DNA from: an uncultured Actinomycetes bacterium
GTDB taxonomy: Bacteria > Actinomycetota > Actinomycetes > Nanopelagicales > Nanopelagicaceae
Direction of reading: 5' to 3'
Assembly: GCA_903834705.1 (NCBI GenBank)
Contig: CAILKF010000015.1
Span: 2,250-66,249 of the forward strand
DNA length: 64,000 nt
Shown: piece by piece, positions 1 through 10,593 of the stretch
How positions within the stretch are numbered: position 1 is the first letter of the stretch
How the letters are laid out: each line of letters starts with the position of its first letter
Notes under the pieces: model-generated
Told to the model about the DNA's origin: nothing
The model's database searches: none
The model's input: the letters and a program-made list of their open reading frames with translations, nothing else
Program-made: the position numbers and the translations under genes

Positions 1-294
1 AATTTCTCCTGTACGACGGACAGATGTTCCTTCTTCAATTCCTGCATAGTCGCCCAAGATAACAACGCCGATTTCGCGTACGTCGAGGTTTAGGGCCAGA
101 CCAAGTGTTCCGTTCTCGAACTGCAAGAGTTCGTTAGCCATTGTTGAAGGCAGACCTTCGATGCGAGCGATACCGTCGCCTGCTTGCGTGACTGTACCTA
201 CCTCGTCTCGCGCTGCAACACCTGGGTCGTACGCCTTAACGAAGTTCGCAAGTGCGTCGCGAATCTCTTCAGGTCGTATCTGTAGCTCGGCCAT
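1..294 (-). CDS. atpA: F0F1 ATP synthase subunit alpha, N-terminal 98 codons (gene continues past the window start)
   Basis: Absent from the ORF track because it runs off the edge. My reverse-strand translation from the ATG at 294 reads [98 protein letters not shown], a typical AtpA N-terminus. It follows atpH in the canonical operon order. Confidence 0.9.
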   Translation of the reverse strand, partial: MAELQIRPEEIRDALANFVKAYDPGVAARDEVGTVTQAGDGIARIEGLPSTMANELLQFENGTLGLALNLDVREIGVVILGDYAGIEEGTSVRRTGEI

Positions 295-321
295 CTTTAT
301 CTCCCTTAGTTATCTCTTAAT

Positions 322-1158
322 TTAATTCTTTTGTCCTGCGAGCATGCGTCCAGCACCAGCTAGACGATTGCTCATAGTTCCATCAACTAACTCATCACCA
401 AACTTCACACTGATACCGCCCACAATGGTGGAATCAATTTCGATATTGATACTTACAGGTTGTCCCACTTGCTTTGTCAGCGTCTTCACTAACCGTTCGC
501 GTTGCGCTGTTGATATTTCTGCAGCTACCCGAACAAGAGCGATTACTCGATCTCTACGCACGGCAAGGGCATAGGAATAATCATCAAAGGCGGCCTCAAT
601 GCTTCGGCCTCTTAAATTCTTTACCAAGTAATTGACTAACTTTGTAGTTGATGCAGTATTGGTCTTACCCAAAAGATCTTGGATGAGTTTCTCTTTAGCA
701 GCATCAGTTCCTACTGTGATGAGTGCTTTACGTAATTCAAATGAGTCGCCAATCGCACGCGAAACGGCAAAAAACTCATTCTCAACACGATCTAGCTCAC
801 CATCGATATTGGCGGAAGAAGCTTGCGCTTCAATAGCCAATTGCTCAAGCACTGGAACAAGATCTCCAGGAGAAGACCAACGAAGTCCTGAGACCTCTGT
901 AATCAATCCCAGAGCCGGCTTTCCCAATGTTTTACCGAAGACTTCACTCACCAGAACTGACTTAGATTTTGCATCTCGTGACGGATCAGTGATTGCACGA
1001 CGCAATGAAATTGCCCCGTTAAGTACTCCGGCTACTACAAAAAGTTCCGTGCACAAAGTTGAAGCATCTTGTGCACTTCCACCTTTTATGGCGCGATCGA
1101 GGCCAGCACGTGCAACCACAAGTGATTGACGGCTACTGCCACCGAAATGCGCTCTCAT
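322..1158 (-). CDS. atpH: F0F1 ATP synthase subunit delta (OSCP)
   Basis: 278-aa ORF with a delta/OSCP-type C-terminus (TIVGGISVKFGDELVDGTMSNRL). It lies between atpF and atpA. Confidence 0.85.
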   Translation of the reverse strand: MRAHFGGSSRQSLVVARAGLDRAIKGGSAQDASTLCTELFVVAGVLNGAISLRRAITDPSRDAKSKSVLVSEVFGKTLGKPALGLITEVSGLRWSSPGDLVPVLEQLAIEAQASSANIDGELDRVENEFFAVSRAIGDSFELRKALITVGTDAAKEKLIQDLLGKTNTASTTKLVNYLVKNLRGRSIEAAFDDYSYALAVRRDRVIALVRVAAEISTAQRERLVKTLTKQVGQPVSINIEIDSTIVGGISVKFGDELVDGTMSNRLAGAGRMLAGQKN

Positions 1159-1169
1159 TGTTTTATCTC

Positions 1170-1697
1170 CTACTTTGATTTCTCGAGGTCGTCCAGGAAG
1201 CGATCAACGATTCTTGATTGACGGGCCTGGTCATCTAAAGCTTCCCCGACAATTTTTGAAGCCAACTGAATAGCAAGGGATCCAACTTCATTTCGAAGTG
1301 ATGTAATCGCTTGTTGACGTTCGGCTTCAATAGAGGCATGTGCTGAAGCAGTAATGCGTGTTGCCTCTTCTTGAGCCTTTGTGCGGAGTTCATCGATGAT
1401 TGCCACGCCTTGAACGCGCGCTTCTTCTCTCAAGGTCTGCGCTTCTTCACGAGCCTTCGAGAGCTGATCGTTGTATTGAACTAATGCATTCTGGGCTTCA
1501 AGTTGAGCCTTTTCAGCACGCTCCATGCCACCCTGAATTGCTTCCGTGCGAGCGGCGAATGCTTTTTCAAACATTGGAACCACTTTGGAACGCAATACAA
1601 GGAACAAGAGCGTGAACGCAATTGCGCCAACAACTAATTCAGCAGTGTGCGGAATTAGCGGATTAGCGCTTTCAGCTGCAACATCTACAAATCGCAT
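1170..1697 (-). CDS. atpF: F0F1 ATP synthase subunit b
   Basis: 175-aa ORF with one N-terminal TM helix followed by a long charged helical region (AEKAQLEAQNALVQYNDQLSKAREEAQ). Operon position supports the call. Confidence 0.85.
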   Translation of the reverse strand: MRFVDVAAESANPLIPHTAELVVGAIAFTLLFLVLRSKVVPMFEKAFAARTEAIQGGMERAEKAQLEAQNALVQYNDQLSKAREEAQTLREEARVQGVAIIDELRTKAQEEATRITASAHASIEAERQQAITSLRNEVGSLAIQLASKIVGEALDDQARQSRIVDRFLDDLEKSK

Positions 1698-1738
1698 CTC
1701 TTCCTCTTTCTAAGTTTCTAAGTACTTAAATTTTTAAA

Positions 1739-1942
1739 TTAGAGAACGAATGCAAGTACAAGACCGAAGAGCGCTAGTGCTTCAGCAAGAGCGAACCCAA
1801 GGAACGCGATTGGTTGAAGAACGCTACGTGCTTCTGGCTGACGTGCAACACCGCTGATGTAAGCAGCGAAGATCATTCCGGTAGCAATCGCAGGTCCGAT
1901 TGCTGAGAGGCCAAAACCGACCAGGTTGAGCGTGCCTTTCAT
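1739..1942 (-). CDS. atpE: F0F1 ATP synthase subunit c
   Basis: The track ORF is 98 aa. I trimmed it to the ATG at 1942: [67 protein letters not shown]. This is a two-helix proteolipid with an RQPE loop and a conserved Glu. Confidence 0.9.
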   Translation of the reverse strand: MKGTLNLVGFGLSAIGPAIATGMIFAAYISGVARQPEARSVLQPIAFLGFALAEALALFGLVLAFVL

Positions 1943-1962
1943 GTTTCTTACCTTTCTGTTGT

Positions 1963-2757
1963 TTAGTGCTCGTCGGCAAGGGCGCCGGCGATGTAGAGCG
2001 CTGTTAGCAGCGTAAAGATATACGCCTGCAAACATTGGACCATGAACTCGAAGAAAGTCAGTCCGATACCAAATGCAAAAGCAAATGGACTGATTAACTT
2101 CAAGCCGATGACCCCCTTGAGAAGATGATCTCCTCCCAAGATAAAAACAAGGAGCAACAAGTGCCCTGCGAACATATTGGCAAAAAGACGAAGTGAAAGC
2201 GTTAGCGGGCGAACAATGAAAAAAGTCGCAAGCTCGAGTGGGGTGAGCAAAATATATGCAGCTTTTGGAACACCAGGCATAAACATGATGTCCTTAAAAT
2301 ATTTTACGACGCCTTGTTTACGAATACCGATGTAGTGAAAGGTAATAAAAGTAAAGATCGCTAAAACATAGGGGAAACTGACATGTGACATTGCAGGGAA
2401 TTGCAGTAGTGGAACAATTCCGAAAATGTTATTTGTGAGAATAAAAGTAAAAAGAGTGAATAAGTAAGGGACGAAGCGCATGAACTCGTGACCGATGTTG
2501 TCTCGGGCTAAATCATTTCTTACGAATCCGTAAATACTTTCACCAGCAAATTGCAATTTAGACGGAACGATTGCAGCTTTTCTTGACGCCAAGATAAAAA
2601 AGACAGAAATCAGAATGACCGACAAGAAAACTAAAAGAATAGGTTTTGTTGTGTATTCGTTATTTCCAAAAACGGGTGGGAGATTAAAGTCGTTGGTGCT
2701 TGGCGGCACAAAACCTTCGCCATCTGCGCGCAACAAGTGCAACGTACGCACAATCAC
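1963..2757 (-). CDS. atpB: F0F1 ATP synthase subunit a
   Basis: 264-aa polytopic ORF carrying the a-subunit motif [16 protein letters not shown] start. Confidence 0.9.
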   Translation of the reverse strand: MIVRTLHLLRADGEGFVPPSTNDFNLPPVFGNNEYTTKPILLVFLSVILISVFFILASRKAAIVPSKLQFAGESIYGFVRNDLARDNIGHEFMRFVPYLFTLFTFILTNNIFGIVPLLQFPAMSHVSFPYVLAIFTFITFHYIGIRKQGVVKYFKDIMFMPGVPKAAYILLTPLELATFFIVRPLTLSLRLFANMFAGHLLLLVFILGGDHLLKGVIGLKLISPFAFAFGIGLTFFEFMVQCLQAYIFTLLTALYIAGALADEH

Positions 2758-2883
2758 TCCTCATGGGTACTAGATCCTGAAAGCTGGTCGACCTGGGGAA
2801 ATTTTTACTTGCGGCGCTACCTTATGGGTTAAGCCTTTGTCCTGTGAAATCCAAATACGTTACTTTCACCACCGATTTACCCT

Positions 2884-3069
2884 CTACTGGCGCCCAAAAC
2901 GAAGCCAAATGACGTAAATCGAAGCCCCCGTGCCAAGAAGTAGGCCCCCCAGGAGGAAATACCTGGTGTTGAGCCAGTGATCCAACGCCCAGCCAGCGCC
3001 TCCCCAGAAAAGTAGGCCTGACAGCAGATATCCGAAAATGGACCAAGCAGCGTTTTCTTCTTGCTTCAT
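2884..3069 (-). CDS. AtpZ/AtpI-family small membrane protein
   Basis: 61-aa ORF with two TM helices (WSIFGYLLSGLLFWGGAGWALD...LLGGLLLGTGASIYVIW). It lies immediately upstream of atpB, as in many atp operons. Confidence 0.55.
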   Translation of the reverse strand: MKQEENAAWSIFGYLLSGLLFWGGAGWALDHWLNTRYFLLGGLLLGTGASIYVIWLRFGRQ

Positions 3070-3079
3070 TTGCGCTCCC

Positions 3080-3514
3080 TTAGGGATTGTTACGTGGCTC
3101 GTTGGGCAATGGTAGGTGCAAACGCAAATTAAGAAAACTTCGTATTTCTCCAGCTAGCCATGTAATGGTCAGCGCAATTGATGTGAGCCCAAAACTGGCT
3201 CTATTAATAGTCTCCCTTGAGGTGAAATTCGTGAGAGCCCAAAGAAAGAGTCCTAGCACTGCAATTTTTGCGAAATAGGAAAAAATGGCTAAAGCAAATG
3301 TGCTCAACGGATCGAGTTTGCGAGAAATTGCAGAGACTCCAATGTGCACAATAAAAAATGCAACCACCACTAGTTGTGCAAGTAGTGCTCCTATTATTCC
3401 TGACTTTCCACGCAAGATTGCAGAGACGATGACGCAAATTAGTCCTAATGCAAAAGAAGGTAGTAAGGAACCTCGCAACAACTTTTTTTCAGCCGATGAA
3501 CTACTTGATGGCAT
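3080..3514 (-). CDS. Integral membrane protein, possible ATP synthase protein I
   Basis: 144-aa ORF with four predicted TM helices. It sits between wecA and the atp genes. I recognised no diagnostic motif. Confidence 0.4.
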   Translation of the reverse strand: MPSSSSSAEKKLLRGSLLPSFALGLICVIVSAILRGKSGIIGALLAQLVVVAFFIVHIGVSAISRKLDPLSTFALAIFSYFAKIAVLGLFLWALTNFTSRETINRASFGLTSIALTITWLAGEIRSFLNLRLHLPLPNEPRNNP

Positions 3515-4595
3515 TTTTTACCTTTCGGACTAAAGGTCCCCGGGAAACTGACAAAGTTACAAGTAACAGAAAAACGGCAACTGCTCCCGCAATCCAGAGT
3601 GACATGAAGGCAGCAACCGTTACGGGTACAGCAATCGTTGCTGTCCACAAATACATAATTAGTACAGTTCTCTGGTGAGAATTACCAGCTGTCAACAAAC
3701 GGTGATGCAAGTGTTCCTTGTCAGGAGTAAATGGAGATCGTCCTGAACGAATCCTACGAATTACTGCAAGTACTAAATCCGCGAGTGGAATTGCTAGCAC
3801 TGCAAATGGCAGAAGTAGTGGCAATAATGTTGGTCCGCTGTTCTCTGCAGAAATTGCATTTGCATCTACTTGGCCAGTTAGGGTTATTGCTGACGCTGCA
3901 AGTAATAAGCCTAGAAACATCGAGCCAGAGTCGCCCATAAATATCTTTGCTGGGAAATAGTTGTGGGGCAAAAAGCCTATGCAGACCCCGATAATTACTG
4001 CCGTTACTAGTGACGGAGAACCCGCACGACTAAAGCCGTAAACGACGGCTAATAAATAAGCGAAAGCAAAAAATGAAGCGCTAGAGATGGCGATAATCCC
4101 TGAAGCTAGTCCATCTAAACCGTCAATAAAATTAACGGCATTGATAATTACCAAGACGATGATGACCGTTAAAAGCTGCCCAATGCTGGGTGGCAAAGTA
4201 ATCACTCCGTTAATCGGCAACCATAGAATTTGAATTCCGTGTAACAACAAAATTCCTGCTGCAAGTGCTTGGCCAGCCAACTTAGTCAGCGCATCTAGTT
4301 GATAACGATCATCGGCCATTCCTAGAACGATGATAAAAGTTGACGCCAGGAATATTCCTTGCAATTCATGTCCAAATGACTTACCGACAAGTGATAAGTG
4401 ATCAACAATTAAAAAAGTGAGAGACATTGAGATCCACAATGCCAGTCCTCCCCACCTTGGAGTTGGCAACGTGTGCACATCTCGGCTTCTGACGTTAGCA
4501 ACTGCACCCATTTTCTGGGCAAGCGTTCTAACTAAAGGCGTAACCAAATAGCAGAGCACTGCTGCTAGTAACGTGGTGATGAGATATTCACGCAT
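3501..4595 (-). CDS. wecA: MraY/WecA-family polyprenyl-phosphate GlcNAc-1-phosphate transferase
   Basis: 364-aa polytopic ORF with the motifs MADDRYQL, NAVNFIDGLDGLA and FMGDSGSMFLG. It occupies the same position as rfe/wecA upstream of atp in mycobacteria. Confidence 0.85.
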   Translation of the reverse strand: MREYLITTLLAAVLCYLVTPLVRTLAQKMGAVANVRSRDVHTLPTPRWGGLALWISMSLTFLIVDHLSLVGKSFGHELQGIFLASTFIIVLGMADDRYQLDALTKLAGQALAAGILLLHGIQILWLPINGVITLPPSIGQLLTVIIVLVIINAVNFIDGLDGLASGIIAISSASFFAFAYLLAVVYGFSRAGSPSLVTAVIIGVCIGFLPHNYFPAKIFMGDSGSMFLGLLLAASAITLTGQVDANAISAENSGPTLLPLLLPFAVLAIPLADLVLAVIRRIRSGRSPFTPDKEHLHHRLLTAGNSHQRTVLIMYLWTATIAVPVTVAAFMSLWIAGAVAVFLLLVTLSVSRGPLVRKVKNAIK

Positions 4596-4610
4596 GAGCT
4601 TGTTTTGCTG

Positions 4611-5876
4611 TTAGGCGGAGTAAATTGGAAAACGCGCTGTCAACGCTTGAACTTCTCCGCGAATTGCTGAAAGTTTCTTCTGATCATCGGTTGCAATCGC
4701 TCGCGCGATAAGGGATGCGATTGATTTCATCTCATTTGGGCCCATGCCCTGAGTAGTGGTTGCAGGTGATCCGACACGAATTCCACTCGTTACTGCAGGA
4801 GATTCTGGATCAAAAGGTATGGCATTTTTGTTAAGGACAATTCCCGCTAAACCACAGCGTTCATCCGCTACTTTTCCATTTACTTTTGTATTTCTGATAT
4901 CGATGAGGGCGAGGTGCGTTTCAGTACCCCCTGAAACAGCCCGCATTCCTTCATCTTCAAGGCTTTTAGCAAGAACTTTGCAGTTGGCAATAACGTCCTT
5001 GGCATATCGTTGGTACGCAGGTTCTGCGCATTCTTTGAGTGCAATCGCCTTGCCTGCGACCGCGGACATAATCGGTCCACCTTGCATTCCAGGAAACACT
5101 GCCTTGTCTATTGCTTGCGCATGTTCTGCTTTACTCAAAATCATTCCACCACGTGGTCCGCGTAAAACTTTATGGGTTGTGAACGAAACAACATCCGCAT
5201 ATGGAACTGGCGAAGGGATCGCCTTGCCTGCAACGAGCCCAATAAAGTGTGCAGCGTCTACCCACATGATTGCGCCGACCTCATCACAGATCTCTCGAAC
5301 TTTTTTGAAGTCAATCAAACTCGGATACGCAGTTGCTCCGGAGCAAATCATTTTTGGTTTGTTCTTGATTGCTAAATCCCGGAGCTCGTCGTAGTCAATG
5401 AGTTCGTCTTCTTGGCGTACGCCGTAGGAAACAATATTGAACCATTTTCCTGAAAAATTTACTTTAGACCCATGTGTTAAATGTCCGCCATGAGGTAGTG
5501 ACATAGCAAGCACAGTGTCCCCAGGTTTTGTAAACGCTGCATACACTGCCACGTTTGCACTAGCTCCTGAATGAGGTTGGACGTTGGCATGTTCTGCCCC
5601 AAACAACGACTTCGCACGGTCTATTGCTATTACCTCTGCAACATCAACTTCTTCACATCCACCGTAGTAGCGCTTTCCTGGATATCCCTCTGCATATTTG
5701 TTTGAAAGAGTTGAACCAAGCGCTGCAAGAACCGCACGCGAAGTAAAGTTTTCACTTGCAATGAGTTGAAGCGTAGTTTGTTGGCGCTTTAATTCAGAGA
5801 GCAATACTTTTGCGATATCTGGGTCTTGTTGCGAGAGCAGTTCGAAATCTGGTCCGTAGAAAGGGGTCTGTGACAT
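4611..5876 (-). CDS. glyA: Serine hydroxymethyltransferase
   Basis: 421-aa ORF with LIASENFTSRAVLAALGS, YPGKRYYGGCE and the PLP-lysine region VVSFTTHKVLRGPRGG. Confidence 0.95.
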   Translation of the reverse strand: MSQTPFYGPDFELLSQQDPDIAKVLLSELKRQQTTLQLIASENFTSRAVLAALGSTLSNKYAEGYPGKRYYGGCEEVDVAEVIAIDRAKSLFGAEHANVQPHSGASANVAVYAAFTKPGDTVLAMSLPHGGHLTHGSKVNFSGKWFNIVSYGVRQEDELIDYDELRDLAIKNKPKMICSGATAYPSLIDFKKVREICDEVGAIMWVDAAHFIGLVAGKAIPSPVPYADVVSFTTHKVLRGPRGGMILSKAEHAQAIDKAVFPGMQGGPIMSAVAGKAIALKECAEPAYQRYAKDVIANCKVLAKSLEDEGMRAVSGGTETHLALIDIRNTKVNGKVADERCGLAGIVLNKNAIPFDPESPAVTSGIRVGSPATTTQGMGPNEMKSIASLIARAIATDDQKKLSAIRGEVQALTARFPIYSA

Positions 5877-5897
5877 GAGATGTAGCCTAGGCGTTAG

Positions 5898-6524
5898 TTA
5901 GGTTTTTTGGTCACTTGACGGCGCAATTCCGCTCACTTTTGCGCTTAACTGCTCGAAAGAAAGTGCGCCAACTCGCGTCATCGAAATGCGTCCACCTTTA
6001 ACCGAAAGAATACTTGAGAGCGGGCCCTGCGGTAATTCTCCCTCATCGCATATGCGGATCATTTCAGATTTACTTTGTAGGGCTGAATCAAGAATGCGCG
6101 TTGGACCTTGCCCCACAGGTGAAATGCTTGCGGTAGCAAGTGGACCGGTCAGCTTCAATAGTTCCAAAACAAATCGCGATGACGGCACTCGAATTGAAAT
6201 TTCACCAAGCACGCCACCGTCACCTAAATCCCACGCTAAAGCCGAATTGGGTGCAAGATTTATAGAAAGTAGCCCAGGCCAAAAATTCTCCATCAGAATT
6301 TTCACATCGGGTGAAATTTCGCGAACTATCCCGGGCGCTGTCTGCATTCCAGCAATCAGGACTTGTGCACTCACACCAGAACTAACTCCGCGCAAGACAT
6401 GCATTGTGCGAACAGCATCATGGTTAAAGGCATCGACTACAAATGAATAACCATGTTCGAGTGGAACAATCACCACGTATCCTGATCGAATCCATTCTGC
6501 TGCTTGCTCGGTCGTAACGCTCAT
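5898..6524 (-). CDS. L-threonylcarbamoyladenylate synthase, YrdC/Sua5 family (short form)
   Basis: 208-aa ORF with YrdC-domain features (FWPGLLSINL, ISIRVPSSRFVLELLKLTGPLATASISPVG). It lies between prmC and glyA. Confidence 0.75.
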   Translation of the reverse strand: MSVTTEQAAEWIRSGYVVIVPLEHGYSFVVDAFNHDAVRTMHVLRGVSSGVSAQVLIAGMQTAPGIVREISPDVKILMENFWPGLLSINLAPNSALAWDLGDGGVLGEISIRVPSSRFVLELLKLTGPLATASISPVGQGPTRILDSALQSKSEMIRICDEGELPQGPLSSILSVKGGRISMTRVGALSFEQLSAKVSGIAPSSDQKT

Positions 6525-6525
6525 A

Positions 6526-7425
6526 TTAATTCCGAATCGCAGATGTCCAGCGTGGGCGATCAGTAAGATCGTTGTGCAAAGTTATCTCATGGAAATCTTG
6601 AGAAAGCGCTTGCGCGACTGCAGGGCCTTGTTCTTCTCCGTGCTCAGAAATAAACAATCCACCTGATTTGAGTAAACGTGATGCAGCTCTATAAAAGCGG
6701 CGTGGTACATCCATTCCGTCTGGACCGCCAAAAAGAGCAACATGAGGTTCAAAGTCTTTTACTTCGTTCGGAATCTTTTCCTCGTTTGGAACATATGGGG
6801 GGTTTGCAATTATTAAATCCGCTTTGACGCCTTCTAGCGCAGTTTCTACATCTTCTTCAATAATTCGAACATCAGCACCTACTGCTTCTATGTTCTTCCG
6901 AAGCCAAAAAACAGCTTCAGGAGCTATCTCTACCGCAACAACATGAGCAGTGGGAACTTGTGTCGCAATGGCCAAAGCAAGCGAACCGGCACCAGCGCCT
7001 AAATCGATCACGCTCGATGGAGCGTTAAGGTTTTTTAGATGTGAAACTATTCGATCAATCATCAATTCGGTTTCAGGACGCGGGATAAGAACCCCTGGAC
7101 CAACATGAAGAGTGAGATCAGCAAAGTATGCAAGTCCTGTGATGTACTGAATTGGTTCGTGGGTTAATCGGCGAGAAAGTAATTGCTTGTATAAAAACTC
7201 TAAATCTTCTGAATCCTCAAATGCACCCAACGCACTTTCAACTCTGAGTGGATGGTGAAGTTCCATGCGGGAAATGCCTAGAAGATGAGCGAGTAAATAT
7301 TCAGCGTCAACTTCCTCAAATCCAGCTGATGCTAATTCTGCTTTTGCAGGACTGAGTATTTCTCTGACATTCACTTTTACAAACCCTTTATTTCGTCGAA
7401 GCCAACTTGGCAGCTTTGTCGGCAT
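6526..7425 (-). CDS. prmC: Release factor N5-glutamine methyltransferase
   Basis: 299-aa ORF with SAM motifs [14 protein letters not shown] and the catalytic NPPY (IIANPPYVP). The start is uncertain: the track ORF overlaps prfA by 38 nt, and a GTG at 7374 is an alternative. Confidence 0.88.
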   Translation of the reverse strand: MPTKLPSWLRRNKGFVKVNVREILSPAKAELASAGFEEVDAEYLLAHLLGISRMELHHPLRVESALGAFEDSEDLEFLYKQLLSRRLTHEPIQYITGLAYFADLTLHVGPGVLIPRPETELMIDRIVSHLKNLNAPSSVIDLGAGAGSLALAIATQVPTAHVVAVEIAPEAVFWLRKNIEAVGADVRIIEEDVETALEGVKADLIIANPPYVPNEEKIPNEVKDFEPHVALFGGPDGMDVPRRFYRAASRLLKSGGLFISEHGEEQGPAVAQALSQDFHEITLHNDLTDRPRWTSAIRN

Positions 7426-8473
7426 CCAATAGCGCTTGAATCATTGGGTCCAATTCGCCATTAAGTACGGCATCAAGGTTGTTCGATTTGAAGTTCACAC
7501 GATGGTCGCTAATTCGGTTTTCAGGAAAGTTATAGGTTCGAATTCGCTCACTTCTGTCAACGGTTCTGACTTGGCTCTTGCGTTCAGCAGAGGCAGCTTC
7601 TTGTGCAGCTTCTTGTGCCGCCAAAAGCATGCGTGCTCGCAAGATACGAAGTGCTGATTCTTTGTTTTGCAATTGACTCTTTTCGTTCTGACATGAAACA
7701 ACAATCCCGGTAGGGACGTGCGTAATACGCACAGCGGAGTCAGTTGTATTTACGCTCTGCCCGCCGGGGCCACTTGAGCGATACACGTCAATACGTAAAT
7801 CATTCATATTAATTTCAACATCAACTTCTTCTGCTTCTGGCAAGACCATTACTCCAGCGGCAGAGGTATGAATTCTGCCTTGAGATTCAGTTTCTGGAAC
7901 CCGCTGAACGCGATGCACTCCACCTTCAAATTTCAACCGCGCATAAGGAGATTTCCCTGGCTCTGCAACACCTTTAGATTTCACACCTACAGAAATATCT
8001 TTATATCCGCCGAGATCGCTTTCGGTTGCATCAATGACTTCAGTTTTCCAGCCCTGCTTTTCCGCATACCTTAAATACATTCGCAACAAATCACCAGCAA
8101 AGAGAGCGGACTCATCACCACCAGCTCCTGCTTTAATTTCTAAAATAACATCTCGATCATCATTAGGATCACGAGGAAGTAAAAGTTCTTCTAACTTTGT
8201 TGCTGCGACATCGCGCACTTGTTCAAGCCCGGCAATTTCAGATGCAAAATCTGCATCTGTCTCAGCTAATTCTTTTGCTGCGGCTAAATCGTCTTCTGCC
8301 AAACGCCACTCACGAAAACCCGCAACTACGGGACCAAGTTGGGCATATCTGCGACCAAGTTGGCGCGCTTTACCTTGATCATTGTGAATATCTGGATCAG
8401 CCATTTGCGCTTCGAGGGTTGCGTATTCGCTAACAAGTTCGTGAGCAAGAGCGAAGCGATCATTGTTACTCAT
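7388..8473 (-). CDS. prfA: Peptide chain release factor 1
   Basis: 361-aa ORF with the GGQ motif ([20 protein letters not shown]) and the PET tripeptide region ([19 protein letters not shown]1-type). Confidence 0.95.
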   Translation of the reverse strand: MSNNDRFALAHELVSEYATLEAQMADPDIHNDQGKARQLGRRYAQLGPVVAGFREWRLAEDDLAAAKELAETDADFASEIAGLEQVRDVAATKLEELLLPRDPNDDRDVILEIKAGAGGDESALFAGDLLRMYLRYAEKQGWKTEVIDATESDLGGYKDISVGVKSKGVAEPGKSPYARLKFEGGVHRVQRVPETESQGRIHTSAAGVMVLPEAEEVDVEINMNDLRIDVYRSSGPGGQSVNTTDSAVRITHVPTGIVVSCQNEKSQLQNKESALRILRARMLLAAQEAAQEAASAERKSQVRTVDRSERIRTYNFPENRISDHRVNFKSNNLDAVLNGELDPMIQALLDADKAAKLASTK

Positions 8474-8527
8474 TTCGCCTGACCTCGCCTTCTGATTAAT
8501 GTGCGCGAACTTTGGATCAACATCGGG

Positions 8528-8576
8528 AAAGAAAAAGACCGCAGCCGTTACATGAGTAACGAATGCGGTCTTTTTG
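8528..8576 (-). terminator. Intrinsic terminator downstream of rpmE
   Basis: On the minus strand the arms are AAGACCGCA and TGCGGTCTT, with an inner GTTAC/GTAAC stem, followed by TTTTCTTTCCC. The plus-strand arms lie at 8535-8543 and 8564-8572. Confidence 0.65.
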
Positions 8577-8581
8577 GAAAG

Positions 8582-8797
8582 CTACTTGGCGCCAGATTTT
8601 CCGAAACGCTCTTCGAACTTCGCAACGCGTCCACCAGTATCAAGAATGCGCTGCTTGCCTGTGTAGAACGGATGGCAAACGGAACAGACTTCGACGTAGA
8701 TAGAACCACTTGGAACAGTTGAGCGAGTTACAAAAGTCTCGCCACAACCGCAGGTGACTTTAGTTTCACCATATTGCGGATGAATCTCCTTCTTCAT
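8582..8797 (-). CDS. rpmE: 50S ribosomal protein L31 (zinc-ribbon C+ form)
   Basis: 71-aa ORF: [22 protein letters not shown]...[13 protein letters not shown]. Confidence 0.95.
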   Translation of the reverse strand: MKKEIHPQYGETKVTCGCGETFVTRSTVPSGSIYVEVCSVCHPFYTGKQRILDTGGRVAKFEERFGKSGAK

Positions 8798-8919
8798 TTC
8801 TTTTCCCTTTCAATAGTGCTGGGTCGTTTCCTTGCGGAATTTCGTGAACCAGCTCTGAACTTGGCAAGAATAGCCGTACAACTACTCTTGTCGGAAATCG
8901 GTCATATTTGCAGGCGTAA

Positions 8920-10461
8920 TTAGCCTTCGTTGCCTGGCCCAACTGTGGTCTTCTGGATCTGCATCAAGAATTCAACGTTGGATTTTGTGCCCTTCATCTT
9001 TTCCAAGAGAAGTTCAAGTGCTTGTTGTGGCTCGAGCGCATGGAGCACTCGGCGCAATTTCCAAACAATGTTGAGTTCTTCGCTACCCATAAGAATTTCT
9101 TCTTTACGAGTACCAGATGCATCAACATCAACGGCTGGGAAAATTCGCTTATCTGCCATACGACGATCAAGTTTAAGTTCCATGTTTCCTGTGCCCTTAA
9201 ACTCTTCGAAAATAACTTCATCCATGCGCGAACCAGTTTCAACAAGTGCTGTTGCAAGGATTGTTAGTGAGCCGCCATCTTCGATATTTCGAGCTGCACC
9301 GAAGAACTTCTTAGGAGGATAAAGAGCTGCTGAGTCAACGCCTCCTGAAAGGATGCGACCACTTGCAGGTGCGGCAATGTTATAGGCGCGACCAAGGCGA
9401 GTAATCGAATCAAGAAGTACGACAACATCATGACCAAGTTCAACTAAACGCTTTGCTCGCTCAATCGCAAGCTCGGCAACAGTGGTGTGATCATCTGCAG
9501 GGCGGTCAAAAGTAGAAGCAATAACTTCACCTTTAACTGAGCGTTGCATATCTGTAACTTCTTCAGGGCGCTCATCTACAAGCACAACCATCAAGTGACA
9601 TTCTGGGTTGTTGGTTGTAATTGCATTAGCAATTGATTGCAAAACCATTGTCTTACCAGCTTTTGGCGGAGAAACAATAAGTCCACGCTGTCCTTTACCA
9701 ATTGGTGCAATCAAGTCGATAACGCGTGTTGTCAAAATATTTGGCTCTGTTTCAAGACGTAAACGCTCTTGCGGATAAAGTGGAACAAGCTTTGAAAATT
9801 CGACACGATTGCGTGCCTCATCTGGAGCCATTCCGTTAATGGTTTCTAATGTAATGAGAGCATTAAATTTCTCTTTACGTTCGCCTTCGCGAGCCTGACG
9901 CACGGTGCCTGTTACGACGTCACCTTTACGGAGCCCGTATTTGCGCACTTGTTGCAATGAAATATAGACATCGTTTGGACCAGGGAGATAACCGCCAGTG
10001 CGAATAAATGCGTAACTTTCCAAGATATCTACAAGGCCACCAACTGGCACGAGAACATCATCTTCTGAAAGAACTGGCTCACGCTCTTCACGGTTTCCAC
10101 GATCGCGATTGCGATCACGACCACGATTACGATCGCGGCCTCGGCCTCGATCTGAATTATCTGAATTTCGATCATCACCTTTAGATTCTTGACGATCATC
10201 GCTTGAATCTGAGTCATCTGATTCAGCATCTTGACGTTTTTTATTGCGGTTGTTATTTCGCTCTGCACGCTTTGCTTCGCGCTCTAATTTCGCTGCTTCT
10301 CTGTTTGCTGCCTGTAAATCACTTATGGCTTGCACAAGTACAGCTTTCTTCATCTTGCCGGCGCCGTCGACTCCTAGTTGGCTCGCTACTTCTTGCAATT
10401 GGGGTAGCAGCATGGATGTCAGTTCGGGACTGCTTGAGCGTACTGGTGTTACTTCAGTCAT
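8920..10461 (-). CDS. rho: Transcription termination factor Rho with an Arg/Asp/Asn-rich N-terminal insertion
   Basis: 513-aa ORF with an RNA-binding region, Walker A (GLIVSPPKAGKT) and VVLLDSITRLGRAYN. The insertion includes DRNSDNSDRGRGRDRNRGRDRNRDRGNREE. Confidence 0.95.
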   Translation of the reverse strand: MTEVTPVRSSSPELTSMLLPQLQEVASQLGVDGAGKMKKAVLVQAISDLQAANREAAKLEREAKRAERNNNRNKKRQDAESDDSDSSDDRQESKGDDRNSDNSDRGRGRDRNRGRDRNRDRGNREEREPVLSEDDVLVPVGGLVDILESYAFIRTGGYLPGPNDVYISLQQVRKYGLRKGDVVTGTVRQAREGERKEKFNALITLETINGMAPDEARNRVEFSKLVPLYPQERLRLETEPNILTTRVIDLIAPIGKGQRGLIVSPPKAGKTMVLQSIANAITTNNPECHLMVVLVDERPEEVTDMQRSVKGEVIASTFDRPADDHTTVAELAIERAKRLVELGHDVVVLLDSITRLGRAYNIAAPASGRILSGGVDSAALYPPKKFFGAARNIEDGGSLTILATALVETGSRMDEVIFEEFKGTGNMELKLDRRMADKRIFPAVDVDASGTRKEEILMGSEELNIVWKLRRVLHALEPQQALELLLEKMKGTKSNVEFLMQIQKTTVGPGNEG

Positions 10462-10593
10462 TGATTTTCATTTCAGTTATGGGAAAAATCCCGTGATTTT
10501 TAGTGATTGTTATCTGAGTTGTCTTTCGCCATCCGGGCGTTCAGATAGGTAAACCATAGCACCAGGCTCTAAAACCTGGCAAACCCTGCGTAG

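Noticed and set aside
100-140. LexA (SOS) box search. TCGAAC-like half-sites were seen, for example at about 117 and about 8608.
   Set aside because: Both lie inside coding sequence (atpA and rpmE) with the wrong spacing. No TCGAAC-N4-GTTCGA palindrome was seen upstream of the repair genes.
1943-2035. N-terminal extension of the atpE ORF to 98 aa, overlapping atpB.
   Set aside because: The extension ([22 protein letters not shown]...) overlaps the atpB C-terminus in another frame. Subunit c families start at the MKGTLNL-type Met, at 1942.
2822-3046. 74-aa ORF overlapping the AtpZ/AtpI-like ORF in another frame.
   Set aside because: Its translation is Gly/Pro/Arg-rich and non-membrane. The alternative 61-aa frame gives two clean TM helices, as expected upstream of atpB.
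10081-10302. Quasi-repetitive DNA (cgatcgcgattgcgatcacgaccacgattacgatcgcgg...) that might be a tandem repeat or CRISPR-like array.
   Set aside because: It lies in frame inside rho and encodes the known type of RD/RG-rich insertion. There is no repeat-spacer periodicity.
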